Below are positions 10,036 through 19,944 of a DNA stretch of 64,000 nucleotides, in pieces. The notes beneath the pieces were generated by a model. The model ran no database searches. It saw nothing but the letters and a program-made list of their open reading frames with translations, and was not told where the DNA came from. Both the position numbers and the translations under genes were made by a program. Origin of the DNA: a virus; the IMG/VR virus record IMGVR_UViG_3300013132_006127; one strand, written 5' to 3'. Every line of letters starts with the position of its first letter. Within the stretch, counting starts at the first letter, position 1.

Positions 10036-11072
10036 GCCTCGCCTGGGGATTTATAGAAACCAAATGAATGTTGTTTATTTTTGTAATTGTTTACCACATC
10101 AGGCATTCCATGCAAATCGATGTCGTGTTTAACCTGTTCGCACTTTGTCATAGTGGAACCCAATGTACAAGTTTGACCAGAGCGATATTCTTGTAACGGT
10201 TCTATATGAGTGTTTTCAAATGTTGTTTTACCAAAATGACATAACTTGCTACACATCCAGCTTTTATTTAATAAAGGTCTTTTTGTATTTTTTATAATGT
10301 CGAATTTTCTACGAAGCATATCTTCAGTCTTATGCATGTCAAATTGATCGAAACATATCGAGTAAGGACCACCATCATTAATAAAATATATAGAGAATAT
10401 TATGTGTTTAATTTCTGGATACAGGTGCCTGATAGCATAGTAGTATATCATAAGCTGTGGGTCGTTTTCAAGTTTTTCTTGGGTTTTTTCTTGACCAGTA
10501 GCCCAGTCTAATCTTTTACCGGTTTTCCAGTCTATTACCTCTATGGTATCGTCCCCAACTTTGGTTACTAGGTCTATGGTTCCTTTTAGAGCTAAATATC
10601 CTTCTAGTTTTCCTTCTGATGTATCATAAGAATATTTTGCCCACGGTTTTTTTATTTCGAAATCGAAGTGTTGTTCTGGTTCTAGAATATCTCTATTTCT
10701 AGGATCAAACATACCATTATTAAGAGTAATAGCCTTATCAACCCATGCTTTACAGTCTTTGGCATCTTTTTCTGTCCATTTATGATGAGGGCTAGCTTTG
10801 ACATAATACTCGTAAACCATTTTATTAATAGTATCTAGACTATAGTTTTCAGTATCTATCTGACCAACTACATCATCCAGTATATATCTTTTTTTATCTT
10901 GTTGAGCTTTTTTGATAACGGCTAATATTTCTAAAACTTTATGTGTTATAGTTCCTTTATCTGCTTTTTGTCCTGACGGACCTCTCCAACCTAGCACATA
11001 TTCAAGAAAATATTGCTGTTGGCAAAGACTATGAGTATTGTACGATGAACTACGAAAATATGTTATTATCAT
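10032..11072 (-). CDS. PD-(D/E)XK exonuclease, Cas4/AddB/RecB-like
   Basis: KGTITH, GTIDLV, VIDWKTG, QLMIY; N-terminal Cys and C-terminal CSKLC...C. Confidence 0.82.
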   Translation of the reverse strand: MIITYFRSSSYNTHSLCQQQYFLEYVLGWRGPSGQKADKGTITHKVLEILAVIKKAQQDKKRYILDDVVGQIDTENYSLDTINKMVYEYYVKASPHHKWTEKDAKDCKAWVDKAITLNNGMFDPRNRDILEPEQHFDFEIKKPWAKYSYDTSEGKLEGYLALKGTIDLVTKVGDDTIEVIDWKTGKRLDWATGQEKTQEKLENDPQLMIYYYAIRHLYPEIKHIIFSIYFINDGGPYSICFDQFDMHKTEDMLRRKFDIIKNTKRPLLNKSWMCSKLCHFGKTTFENTHIEPLQEYRSGQTCTLGSTMTKCEQVKHDIDLHGMPDVVNNYKNKQHSFGFYKSPGEA

Positions 11073-11308
11073 GAGTTTTTAGCTACCATTTTACAAAGTT
11101 TTATAAATTCTTGGTCTGTCATATCCATTTTCATGCTATTAATTGTTTTGTGTACCCATTGAGGATTACCTTTCACATACCCTTTAGCTGAATCGATCCT
11201 ATCCAAAGAAGCTGTGATTTGTGTTTTTGATTTAGCTCCCCATGCAGGAGGGAAGGAAATGTCTAAACCAGATAAAGCACATTTTTTGTTTTGTCTAATA
11301 TAAACACA
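11069..11308 (-). pseudogene. N-terminally truncated HNH homing-endonuclease remnant
   Basis: 79-codon frame with no in-frame start at its 5' end: ...QNKKCALSG...ASLDRIDSAKGYVKGNPQWVHKTINSMK...FIKLC; its TGA overlaps the ATG of the next gene. Confidence 0.75.
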
Positions 11309-11908
11309 TTAACTTATATTCAGTATTCCTTTATCAGAAAGAAAACGTAAAATAGCTTCATTTTTTTGATTAATAGTCATTCCGCTATTATGAATGATGC
11401 AACTAAAATTTGACCAAAAGTAATTATTTTTATCTAGAGCTGATTCGCTATTTGATTTTGCATTAAATGGATCAAGATCTAATCGAATCACATACCCTCC
11501 ATATTTTAGAATTGTATCTACTTCGTTTGGAAATCTACAATCTGGAATAATAGCTAAGTCTAAATTATCTCTTTGTATTTTATTTATAGTAGCATCGACC
11601 CAGACATTATTTTTTAATCTACGAAAAATGTCTGTGCCTATAATCTCCATGGCTTCTCTGGCAGTTAATCTCTTACCATCCCATTCTAAATCGGTAAGTG
11701 TATTTTTTTCTTCATCTGACCCATAACATTGCTCATATGTTAAACCTAAAATATTCATACATATGTCCTGTTTGAGAGGATCGGCAAAACTATATATTTG
11801 ATAATTGATATTTAATGAATGATTAGTAATAATAGATTCAACATATTCAGCACCCGTGCTTTTTCCAGATTGTTTTCTGCCAGAGAAAGCCAATATTTTA
11901 GTTTTCAT
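11309..11908 (-). CDS. Deoxynucleoside monophosphate kinase
   Basis: SGRKQSGKST, SFADPLK, TAREAMEIIGTDIFR, IPDCRFPNE (T4 gp1-like). Confidence 0.88.
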   Translation of the reverse strand: MKTKILAFSGRKQSGKSTGAEYVESIITNHSLNINYQIYSFADPLKQDICMNILGLTYEQCYGSDEEKNTLTDLEWDGKRLTAREAMEIIGTDIFRRLKNNVWVDATINKIQRDNLDLAIIPDCRFPNEVDTILKYGGYVIRLDLDPFNAKSNSESALDKNNYFWSNFSCIIHNSGMTINQKNEAILRFLSDKGILNIS

Positions 11909-12975
11909 AACAATTCCTTAATTTCTTTATTTATTTCATCTTTCGACATGTCTGCTATATCATTCTTGGATACTCTAATGTGCTTAATATTGTATGTTTT
12001 AGAGCACTTTTTTTCTATCTGTTTTCTTGCTTCTTCTCCTGCTTCGTCAGAATCCATTATTACAATAATGGTCATAGCGCCAGATGTGTCTAGTAACATT
12101 TTTTGCTTATCTGTTAGATGAGCGCCAAACGTAGCTACAGAGTTATGTATACCATTTTCTTCTAGTCTCCAGACATTGCCTGGGCTCTCAACAAGTATAA
12201 CCTCATTATCTCTTTTGATAAAGTCTTTTGCAAACCAGAAGTTGTATAAATTTTCCTCTGCTTTAAAATCTCCACTATGTTTCCATTTGGGTTTTATATT
12301 GTCATCAATTGATCTGCCTGAGCATCCTACCATATACTCATAGTCTAAGTTGTAAATTGGTACAACCGCACGGTTGAACATGGTCTTTCCCGGCGTCTGA
12401 CACTCTCCTACGTCGTACTTTTTTAATATTTCGGAAGAGAACCCTCTACTTATAAAGTAAGGGCTAGGGATCGATAAAGATCTCTTTATGCTAGATCTGG
12501 TTATATTTTGGTGTGCCGGTTTTAGATTATGAGAAAGTATCTTTGCATTTGCTATAAACTGATCTTTTTCTTTTTGGTTTTTAGAAATTTTGACATTTTT
12601 TAAATCTAGGTTCAGAAATTTAAGAGCAAAAGAAATAGTATCTTGAAAGGAGTACATATCGTCTCCTTCTTTGGTCCATCCTAATTCCCTTCTAGACAAT
12701 AAGCCTCTAAGAAATCCAATAATTGATCCTTTAAAGATTTTATCACACTGATGTGTTCTACATTTCCAATTACCTCTATACGTATCCCCAGTATGATATA
12801 TATTTAAGGCTGAATCATTATCTCCTTCATGAATAGGACATGGCATAGATACAAATTTTGTATTATGTCTATACTCTAGATCAAAATGATCCAAAAGTTC
12901 TTCTATTCTATCACAAAGCTGATCGCAAACAATCTTTAGTTTGTTTTGATCAAGTAAAGCTGATTTCTTCTTCAT
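11905..12975 (-). CDS. DNA primase (Zn-binding + TOPRIM); start refined to MKKKS
   Basis: CPIH...WKCRTHQC zinc finger; LVESPGNV and MDSDEAG TOPRIM motifs. Confidence 0.88.
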   Translation of the reverse strand: MKKKSALLDQNKLKIVCDQLCDRIEELLDHFDLEYRHNTKFVSMPCPIHEGDNDSALNIYHTGDTYRGNWKCRTHQCDKIFKGSIIGFLRGLLSRRELGWTKEGDDMYSFQDTISFALKFLNLDLKNVKISKNQKEKDQFIANAKILSHNLKPAHQNITRSSIKRSLSIPSPYFISRGFSSEILKKYDVGECQTPGKTMFNRAVVPIYNLDYEYMVGCSGRSIDDNIKPKWKHSGDFKAEENLYNFWFAKDFIKRDNEVILVESPGNVWRLEENGIHNSVATFGAHLTDKQKMLLDTSGAMTIIVIMDSDEAGEEARKQIEKKCSKTYNIKHIRVSKNDIADMSKDEINKEIKELL

Positions 12976-14428
12976 TTGTTGTTGTATCATCAAATCCACC
13001 AATAAATTTCCCAGAGCCGCTGTTTCCACTATTCATGGTTTCAATTTTTGTTTTACCTTCGGTTATTTTAGCACACCAACCTTTCATATGACAATTGATA
13101 TAGTCATTGTCATCAAGACCTCCTCCGTGGCGACTAATGATCGGTATCAGTTTTCTATTACCACTAGCTCCACCATCTTCTGCTATCTCTTCATCTGATT
13201 TTCTTTTGAAGATAGTAAAATTACTACATAACCAAATAATTCTATCAGAACCGCTAGCAGTATCCGTAGTCTCTTTTGTTATACCATCTCTATTTAACTG
13301 TATAAATGCTACTATTGGTACCTGATATTGACAAGCAAAATTGTGTAGCGCCGTCATCATAAAACCTAAAACTTGATATTCTTTTAGATCTTGTGTCATT
13401 CCTTGCGTGTCCATGAGTTTTAAATAATCGTAGAAAATTACACACTTTTTTGCTGTTCCATCGGAATTCATACCGACTTCTTTTATTAGCCATCTTCTCA
13501 TTAGAGCTAATTGTTCTTCGAAAGATTTTCCCGCTATAGATTTATAGTATAGCGGTGTTTCCTTAAGCTCACCCACACACTGATCAACCTTGGCTTTTAG
13601 TGCTGCTGATTCGGTAAACTTACCCGTTTCAATTTTATTGATCTCTATTTCTGTTAACATCGCAATTAGTCTGTTAATATGGTCGTTTCTAGTCATTTCT
13701 GTATCCATATTCAAAACAGGTATTTTAAGCTTATGAGCTATATGGATACCCATGTTGTCCGATAATAGAGTTTTACCAGTTTTTGGTCTTGCTGCTATAA
13801 CATTGATCGTACTTTTTCTTAAGCCTCCACCTATAGCGTGATCGTATACAGGAAACCCTGTGGATATACCGATTTGATCTATAGGACTATCTTCTAATTC
13901 TTTAACATAGTTTTCTAGGTCTCCGAACATATGCACAGGATTATTGTCTGAGTCCTCAAGAGTGGAAGAAAAATTAAAAACAGCGTCTTCGGCCAAACTC
14001 AGAATTTGTGTTATGGATTCGGAACCCTTAACATCTAAAATTTTATCTTGTACATCTTCTAGTTTTTCATGTAGTTTTCTAGCTATATGAAGCTTTTTAA
14101 TTTTAGCAGCGAACTTCTTGACATTTTCTATGTTAGCAGGAAAATCTATAATAGCTTTTAAATGTTGTGTTTCTTCCTTCTTGTTCAGAATGTGGCCTAT
14201 TCCGAGTTCTTTCGCTGCCGAATATACGGAAGCGATATCCATTACGGCCGTTGGGTTTTGCTCTTTTTCTAAGAGATACTTGAAACACGCATAAATATGC
14301 GTATTGCTATCTATGGTAAAACTATTACCATCGACTAGATCGGAAACTTCCGAATAAGCCTTATTGCCAAAATGATAAATAGCAGATAGTAAACCTCTTT
14401 CTGCTGACGGATCGCTCAATACAATCAT
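12950..14428 (-). CDS. dnaB: Replicative DnaB-like helicase; start refined to MIVLSD (TAATG overlap)
   Basis: AARPKTGKT Walker A, DTEM, YDYLKL, QLNR. Confidence 0.9.
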   Translation of the reverse strand: MIVLSDPSAERGLLSAIYHFGNKAYSEVSDLVDGNSFTIDSNTHIYACFKYLLEKEQNPTAVMDIASVYSAAKELGIGHILNKKEETQHLKAIIDFPANIENVKKFAAKIKKLHIARKLHEKLEDVQDKILDVKGSESITQILSLAEDAVFNFSSTLEDSDNNPVHMFGDLENYVKELEDSPIDQIGISTGFPVYDHAIGGGLRKSTINVIAARPKTGKTLLSDNMGIHIAHKLKIPVLNMDTEMTRNDHINRLIAMLTEIEINKIETGKFTESAALKAKVDQCVGELKETPLYYKSIAGKSFEEQLALMRRWLIKEVGMNSDGTAKKCVIFYDYLKLMDTQGMTQDLKEYQVLGFMMTALHNFACQYQVPIVAFIQLNRDGITKETTDTASGSDRIIWLCSNFTIFKRKSDEEIAEDGGASGNRKLIPIISRHGGGLDDNDYINCHMKGWCAKITEGKTKIETMNSGNSGSGKFIGGFDDTTTNEEEISFT

Positions 14429-14835
14429 TAGCCTGCCGCTCCTGAACACTTGTTACACTTATATCTGTCCATTTCTGTTGTCATATAACCTGGACTAACA
14501 TTTTCTGTTCTACCACAAACCCTGCATGTGGCTTTTATTGGTCTAAACTTTCTGCTTCTAGGAGTTGGTGGTAGTTTTTGAAGCTTTCTATCTATCTCGA
14601 TATCTTCTTTATGAAGATTTATTTCTGGCATATCCAAAAATTTATTTTCTCTATGATTAGACTGTTTGTTTATTTTAGTTCTAGTTGTTGAACTGGTTCT
14701 TTTGTTTCTTGTCTTTCTAGCTACAGGCTCCGGTGTTTGATTCGTTGGTTGCTGCTGACTATCAACCAGTGTTTGCAGAAGAGTTATGAGACTTTTTATC
14801 TGCTCTGGATTTTTTACTAAATCATTAAGATCCAT
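14428..14835 (-). CDS. Hypothetical protein with C-terminal Zn ribbon
   Basis: CRVC...CNKC. Confidence 0.7.
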   Translation of the reverse strand: MDLNDLVKNPEQIKSLITLLQTLVDSQQQPTNQTPEPVARKTRNKRTSSTTRTKINKQSNHRENKFLDMPEINLHKEDIEIDRKLQKLPPTPRSRKFRPIKATCRVCGRTENVSPGYMTTEMDRYKCNKCSGAAG

Positions 14836-15316
14836 GTTTCACCTTAACCTTTTGAACTGCTAGAAATACATCGGATAAATTTTTGATATTATTAGCCAAA
14901 TATGATAGTCTATCCATACGTTGTTTAGCGTATTTTCTAATCTTATTTAGAGAGGTAGCCTTTTCATTATGTTTTATGGCCTGTAAAGATTTTTCTATAT
15001 ATCCATACCCCTTATAATTATTTATCTCATCAGCTATCACCTCTTTAATAGTTTCATCAGCCCAATTATATCGGGCAATCTCCCTATTTAAAGTTCTTTG
15101 TATAAAAAAAGAATATTGAACCAGTCTCGCTGCTATTTCCGCACAACTTTCGGGGGTTTGTTTTTCTATAACATCCCTAGTCATAGAAAAGTATCCGTTT
15201 AATTCATCTTCTGTAAAACTATGAGATGTACTATAATTAGATAGAGATAAGGACTTTTCATATTCGTCTAAAACCTTATCCCATTCGTTTACTTGATCTT
15301 TAGTTGATTGTGTCAT
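14825..15316 (-). CDS. Helical hypothetical protein, possibly a UvsY-like recombination mediator
   Basis: All-helical coiled-coil character and position near recA; function is inference only. Confidence 0.45.
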   Translation of the reverse strand: MTQSTKDQVNEWDKVLDEYEKSLSLSNYSTSHSFTEDELNGYFSMTRDVIEKQTPESCAEIAARLVQYSFFIQRTLNREIARYNWADETIKEVIADEINNYKGYGYIEKSLQAIKHNEKATSLNKIRKYAKQRMDRLSYLANNIKNLSDVFLAVQKVKVKHGS

Positions 15317-15717
15317 TTATTTATCCTTTGTTTCCAATCTTCGTCTGTTTCATTATATGGTAATGCTATATATTTGATACCATTAATCTCACACCAAGCT
15401 TGCTTATCCTTGTCTCTTTTTTGAGATTTCAAAAACGCTAATCTATTATTATGATAGTGCGGAGTAAAATTATAGTGTTGCTCTCCATGCGTTTCTATAC
15501 AGGCTCGAATTAATGGAAGATAGAAATCCAAATACAAAGTCTCAGATTTTCTGGTCTGTATAGATACTTCTTCTAAAATTTGCATCGTAGGATATAGATC
15601 TTTTAAAATTAGCCTACATCTTAGATGCAACGAGGACTTTCCATCGATTCTACCCTTTACAATGTTTCCTGTCAAGTGCCAAGTGGTAAGATTACCATCC
15701 AAATCCCTAACTTGCAT
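15313..15717 (-). CDS. Vsr/DUF559-like PD-(D/E)XK endonuclease
   Basis: LYLDFYLP...IETHGEQHY...RDKDK motif. Confidence 0.75.
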   Translation of the reverse strand: MQVRDLDGNLTTWHLTGNIVKGRIDGKSSLHLRCRLILKDLYPTMQILEEVSIQTRKSETLYLDFYLPLIRACIETHGEQHYNFTPHYHNNRLAFLKSQKRDKDKQAWCEINGIKYIALPYNETDEDWKQRINK

Positions 15718-16734
15718 TTATTTTAATCCCATCATTTTTTTAACTTCAATATATAATTGATCATATACTTTAGGGTTTTCTAACAAAAAAGCTCTAATTT
15801 TTTCAGTGCCTTGGAATTTTGTTTTTTCATCATTTAAAAAGGCTAGGTTATACCAAGCCCCAGCTTTATTAATTAAACCAGTATCTATACCCAAAGACAT
15901 TAGTTCCATATGTTTATCTATACCTTGTCCGTATCTAATATAACTGGTAATGTTACCGCCCGGAGGACCAAGAGCAGAGCATAGGGTTTGCCACTCGACT
16001 TCTTGACCAACCTGAGTATTATCGGAACTTAGCACCCAAGGCTTGAAACTCTTTGCTCTTAATTTTATATCTGTTTGATAGGCTATTGCTTGTCCAGACT
16101 TCTCTTTAAATTCCGCACCATAACCTGTTGGATTGCCCATTAAATGAGTAATACCTATTACTATGTTTTTATTTACTGGTATTACATTAGCTACCTTGCG
16201 GCAAAATTTAGCCAATAGCTTGGCACCATCTGCTCTTTGCATTTTATCCATATCGCTAGTGATTTCAGCTTCTGTACATAGAGCAGAATAAGAGTCTATG
16301 ATTAGAACAGCTCCGGGTTCTTCATTAATAATTCTCTCAGCAATTTGTAGATACTCCTCCGCATGTAAAATTTTCCCGGTTTGTGAACCTATTACATGAA
16401 ACTTATCTAGGTTAATATTAGGTATACCTTGTAGATCTCTCTTTTTCAATCTACCCTCAATATTTAGGTAATACACATTTCTTCCAGCGGAGTATGTGCC
16501 CGACCCGTATTCTTCTCTTTGTGCGGTTGCTGCGAAATCTAATGAGGTTGTTGTTTTACCGCATTTGGGTTGACCTGTTAATACGACAAAACTCCCTTCT
16601 GGGATTCCACCATTAAGGATAATATCTAAGGCTGGACTTACAGGGATAGTCAAACACTGTTTGTCCACTATGGCGCTTCCGTCTAAAATAATATTGGCGC
16701 CGAAGTCTTTAGTAACACTTTCTTTAAGTCCCAT
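15718..16734 (-). CDS. recA: RecA/UvsX-like recombinase
   Basis: GGIPEG, GQPKCGKTT, LIIDS, KAGAWY, KFQG. Confidence 0.9.
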   Translation of the reverse strand: MGLKESVTKDFGANIILDGSAIVDKQCLTIPVSPALDIILNGGIPEGSFVVLTGQPKCGKTTTSLDFAATAQREEYGSGTYSAGRNVYYLNIEGRLKKRDLQGIPNINLDKFHVIGSQTGKILHAEEYLQIAERIINEEPGAVLIIDSYSALCTEAEITSDMDKMQRADGAKLLAKFCRKVANVIPVNKNIVIGITHLMGNPTGYGAEFKEKSGQAIAYQTDIKLRAKSFKPWVLSSDNTQVGQEVEWQTLCSALGPPGGNITSYIRYGQGIDKHMELMSLGIDTGLINKAGAWYNLAFLNDEKTKFQGTEKIRAFLLENPKVYDQLYIEVKKMMGLK

Positions 16735-17152
16735 TATCGATATCCTTTAGCTTATCTAGTATATTTGATTTGTAAGTTTGATTTTTACCAATATTATTTG
16801 TATGTCTAATGATATTGACTTCTTTAATCTCTTTCTCTTTTTCTGTTTCCCATAGCTTCTGTTGCTCCTTTATTGTATTGATGAGACTTGGGGCTCGCAA
16901 AGAGTAAATTTTAGAAGATTTGGGACTACTTAATGCTCGTATAACAGCTGTTTCAGCATATTTTTTCAATAGAGCATTTGCGGTAGCTATCTGATTTCTA
17001 TAAAAAGCTGCCCACTGTTTATTTGTCCAAAATCTAAAATGCAAATCTTTTTTTTCTAACTTTGCTTTTTTTTCACATATAATTTCTGTAATATACTGTG
17101 CTGCTGAAACAGATTTACCATTAGAATACTTCGATGGATATCTTTTAGTCAT
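16724..17152 (-). CDS. Hypothetical protein
   Basis: ORF in an overlapping operon. Confidence 0.65.
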   Translation of the reverse strand: MTKRYPSKYSNGKSVSAAQYITEIICEKKAKLEKKDLHFRFWTNKQWAAFYRNQIATANALLKKYAETAVIRALSSPKSSKIYSLRAPSLINTIKEQQKLWETEKEKEIKEVNIIRHTNNIGKNQTYKSNILDKLKDIDNGT

Positions 17153-17508
17153 TTGTTAGAGTTGGGCCTATAGATAGAGTTCTTAAAAGATTTACTAATA
17201 GGAGCACTATTGGTTTGTCTATTTGCATCCGATACTTCTGATGCTTCTTTAGTCATAATAGACACAGAGCTAATTTTTTTATTGGATGTTTTTGTGATCA
17301 TCAGATCCGAAACAGAAGTTTTTTTATTAGCTTTTTCTGTTGCGTTTTTTATATTGGTTTTTTTATCGGTAGATACATGATTTTTTTCTAATGTAGATTG
17401 TACCTGTTTTTCTAGAAGCTTTAATTCTTCGCAAATTTCTTGCAAATTTTTACCTTGACTATTCAACCATCTTATAGCGTATATTTCTGTTTTTGTTAAA
17501 CGAGGCAT
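17149..17508 (-). CDS. Hypothetical protein with N-terminal HTH-like segment
   Basis: GKNLQEICEELKLLEKQV HTH-like pattern. Confidence 0.55.
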   Translation of the reverse strand: MPRLTKTEIYAIRWLNSQGKNLQEICEELKLLEKQVQSTLEKNHVSTDKKTNIKNATEKANKKTSVSDLMITKTSNKKISSVSIMTKEASEVSDANRQTNSAPISKSFKNSIYRPNSNK

Positions 17509-17906
17509 TATATCATCTCTCTTTCTGTATTATGTAACCATGATGCATTTTTTGTTCTTAGAAAACTTAGATACATATTAAAAACTCTATGGTTGACTTC
17601 ATAAAATTGTGCAATGTCTTTACCTATTGTCTTTAATAGAGTTGCAGTTTTAACATTTAAATATTGGTCAACCGGATTATACGGTTTACCATTTCCGGTC
17701 ACCTTGATATAATAATGGATTGAACCGTCGGTTCTATTAAGAGCTTTAGCTTGAGTATTTATATCTTCTTGATTTTGTCTAGGATTATTTTCATAATCTA
17801 TAAAATCTTCATGACCTTTCAGGGTATAAAACTTAGATGATGGATTATGAGAGTTTTTTCTCTTGTCTGGCGCGAATATAAAATCATCACTCTTTGTTGT
17901 CATCAT
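17508..17906 (-). CDS. Hypothetical protein; start refined to MMTTK
   Basis: The longer ORF-track start overlaps the upstream gene heavily. Confidence 0.6.
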   Translation of the reverse strand: MMTTKSDDFIFAPDKRKNSHNPSSKFYTLKGHEDFIDYENNPRQNQEDINTQAKALNRTDGSIHYYIKVTGNGKPYNPVDQYLNVKTATLLKTIGKDIAQFYEVNHRVFNMYLSFLRTKNASWLHNTEREMI

Positions 17907-18282
17907 TAATAATCTCTTGAGCTTGTTTTTCCATTTTTTCATGAAACTTATTGAAGAATCCTTCAATATATCTTTCAACTTGTTTTTTATTTTCCAGTGG
18001 GACATGGTAGTTCTTTACTATTACTTTTTCAGAATTCTCAACTTCTCCTTTTTGGTTCTTGTTTAAGACATTGCAAGTTACAGTGAACACCATCTCTACA
18101 GGACTATCCAGTAAAGGCTCGTCTTGACTAAATAAACCACTATATTGATTTTCAGAGGTGTCATGCGCCTCCTGTTCCAGCTTTTCTGGATTTATTTCGG
18201 TAGCCATAACCTTATTAAACATCTGCATTAAGGTTGCCATTTCTTCTTCTGATAGATTCTTAAAAAATTCTGGAGAATTCAT
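17887..18282 (-). CDS. Hypothetical protein
   Basis: ORF in operon. Confidence 0.6.
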   Translation of the reverse strand: MNSPEFFKNLSEEEMATLMQMFNKVMATEINPEKLEQEAHDTSENQYSGLFSQDEPLLDSPVEMVFTVTCNVLNKNQKGEVENSEKVIVKNYHVPLENKKQVERYIEGFFNKFHEKMEKQAQEIINDDNKE

Positions 18283-18283
18283 A

Positions 18284-18631
18284 TTATATCCATTTTGTTT
18301 TTGGTTGCTTTTTTATCCTTGACATTCCTTTTGGTAAAGGCTTATCCGGTTTATTGTCTTTGTAGTCGTTATGTTTCCTATAAAGAGATACTTTTTCATC
18401 TTCACTGAGCTTATCTCTATTTCTATTGGCCAAGTCCCCAAGAGTTTTAAGCTCCGAATCAGATTTTTTTACTGAAGCGTTTTGTGTTAAGATATCATCA
18501 ACATAATTTCTTTGTGTATTATTATTACAGCAGCATTCTGGACAATTTGGCTTATCTATATAATCCTTGATATAGAAAAATAACTCAAATTTAATTTGAC
18601 ATTTTTCACAAAAATAAGAATAAGTTGGCAT
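18284..18631 (-). CDS. FmdB-family zinc-ribbon protein
   Basis: MPTYSYFCEKC...CPEC; TAATG overlap with the HNH gene. Confidence 0.82.
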   Translation of the reverse strand: MPTYSYFCEKCQIKFELFFYIKDYIDKPNCPECCCNNNTQRNYVDDILTQNASVKKSDSELKTLGDLANRNRDKLSEDEKVSLYRKHNDYKDNKPDKPLPKGMSRIKKQPKTKWI

Positions 18632-19212
18632 TATAAATAAGACTCTGGTAGATAACACTTCCACTCGTCTGGAATCTCTTTTCTTATTCTAAGCAGCCAG
18701 TAGGTTATAGGCAAGTATTTATGACTCTTTTTGGGAGCCACTGGTAAATTTTGTAATGGCATATTGGCTTGTTTAGGTGTTCTATTGCCTTTCTTTCTAT
18801 TGCAGTCAACGCAGGCTGTAACTATATTAGTCCAACAGGTTGGTGACCCTATCTTGTTTTTCCACACAGACTTTGGAATAACATGATCATATGTTAACTT
18901 GTTTATTTCTTTTCTAGAATTACAATACTGGCAAGTATAATTATCTCTGATAAATAGATTTTTTCTAGAAAAATTAACATTTTGATTGTATATCCTAAAA
19001 TATTTACAGGTTTTTACAACGGCCGGTATAGGTATTTTCCGATCATTAACACCAACTATCCAGTCATTCTTGTAAAAGTCTATAATATCTACGCCACAAT
19101 TACTATGTAATTCATGTCTCATCGACCATACTAGTGCTCTCTTCCAGCTTATCACTCCTAGTGGCGTATAATCTGAGTTTAAAACTAAGCATTTACTGTT
19201 TTCGGTTCTCAT
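18631..19212 (-). CDS. HNH endonuclease (McrA/HNH_5-like)
   Basis: LVLNSDY, RDNYTCQYC, TYDHVIPKS, WTNIVTACVDCNRKKG. Confidence 0.9.
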   Translation of the reverse strand: MRTENSKCLVLNSDYTPLGVISWKRALVWSMRHELHSNCGVDIIDFYKNDWIVGVNDRKIPIPAVVKTCKYFRIYNQNVNFSRKNLFIRDNYTCQYCNSRKEINKLTYDHVIPKSVWKNKIGSPTCWTNIVTACVDCNRKKGNRTPKQANMPLQNLPVAPKKSHKYLPITYWLLRIRKEIPDEWKCYLPESYL

Positions 19213-19921
19213 TTTCGTAAGATTCTAAACGTCCTAAAATTTTACCTATAATCGGATTCCTTACAATATCAGAAAAGTCCAACATAGAAACACCGATACC
19301 ATCCACACCTTTTAAAGCCTGGATCATATTTATGAATCCACCTCTCATATGTCTAATTAAATCTGACTGACTTACATCTCCAGTTAAAACCATCTTACTA
19401 TTATTGCCAAGACGAGTTAATAACATTTTTAATTGATCATATGAAGCGTTCTGACATTCATCAGCAACAATAAATGTATCATGAAAATTTCTACCTCTCA
19501 TTAAACCAAGAGGAACTATCTCTATCTTGCCATTGGTCTTTAAAGAAGCAAACTCTCCATTAGATATAAAATGTCTTACTTCGTCCAATAAAGGAAGAAG
19601 ATACGGGTGTAGTTTTTCTTCTGCCGTACCGGGTAAATAACCTATTTTTTCTCCTGATTCAACAATTGGTCTTGTAATTACTATTCTTTTGATTTTTTCA
19701 TCCAATAAATAATCCAAAGCCATACCTATAGCAATATGTGTCTTACCACTACCGGCAACACCTTGACAAAAAGTAATACTATTTTCAGCAATAGTTCTTA
19801 TGTATTCATTTTGATTAGATGTTCTAGGTTTAACTCTATTTCTATATATAACAGGGGTCTGTATATTGTTTGTTAAATCTATAACTTTTTTCTTTTTTGA
19901 GTTTTTATTATTTTTTCTCAA
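19193..19921 (-). CDS. phoH: PhoH-family ATPase
   Basis: GVAGSGKT, GYLPG, MRGRNF, ADECQN, LTRLG, GDVSQSD. Confidence 0.95.
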   Translation of the reverse strand: MRKNNKNSKKKKVIDLTNNIQTPVIYRNRVKPRTSNQNEYIRTIAENSITFCQGVAGSGKTHIAIGMALDYLLDEKIKRIVITRPIVESGEKIGYLPGTAEEKLHPYLLPLLDEVRHFISNGEFASLKTNGKIEIVPLGLMRGRNFHDTFIVADECQNASYDQLKMLLTRLGNNSKMVLTGDVSQSDLIRHMRGGFINMIQALKGVDGIGVSMLDFSDIVRNPIIGKILGRLESYENENRKQ

Positions 19922-19944
19922 GTTTTACCCTTTATGAATAGTGG

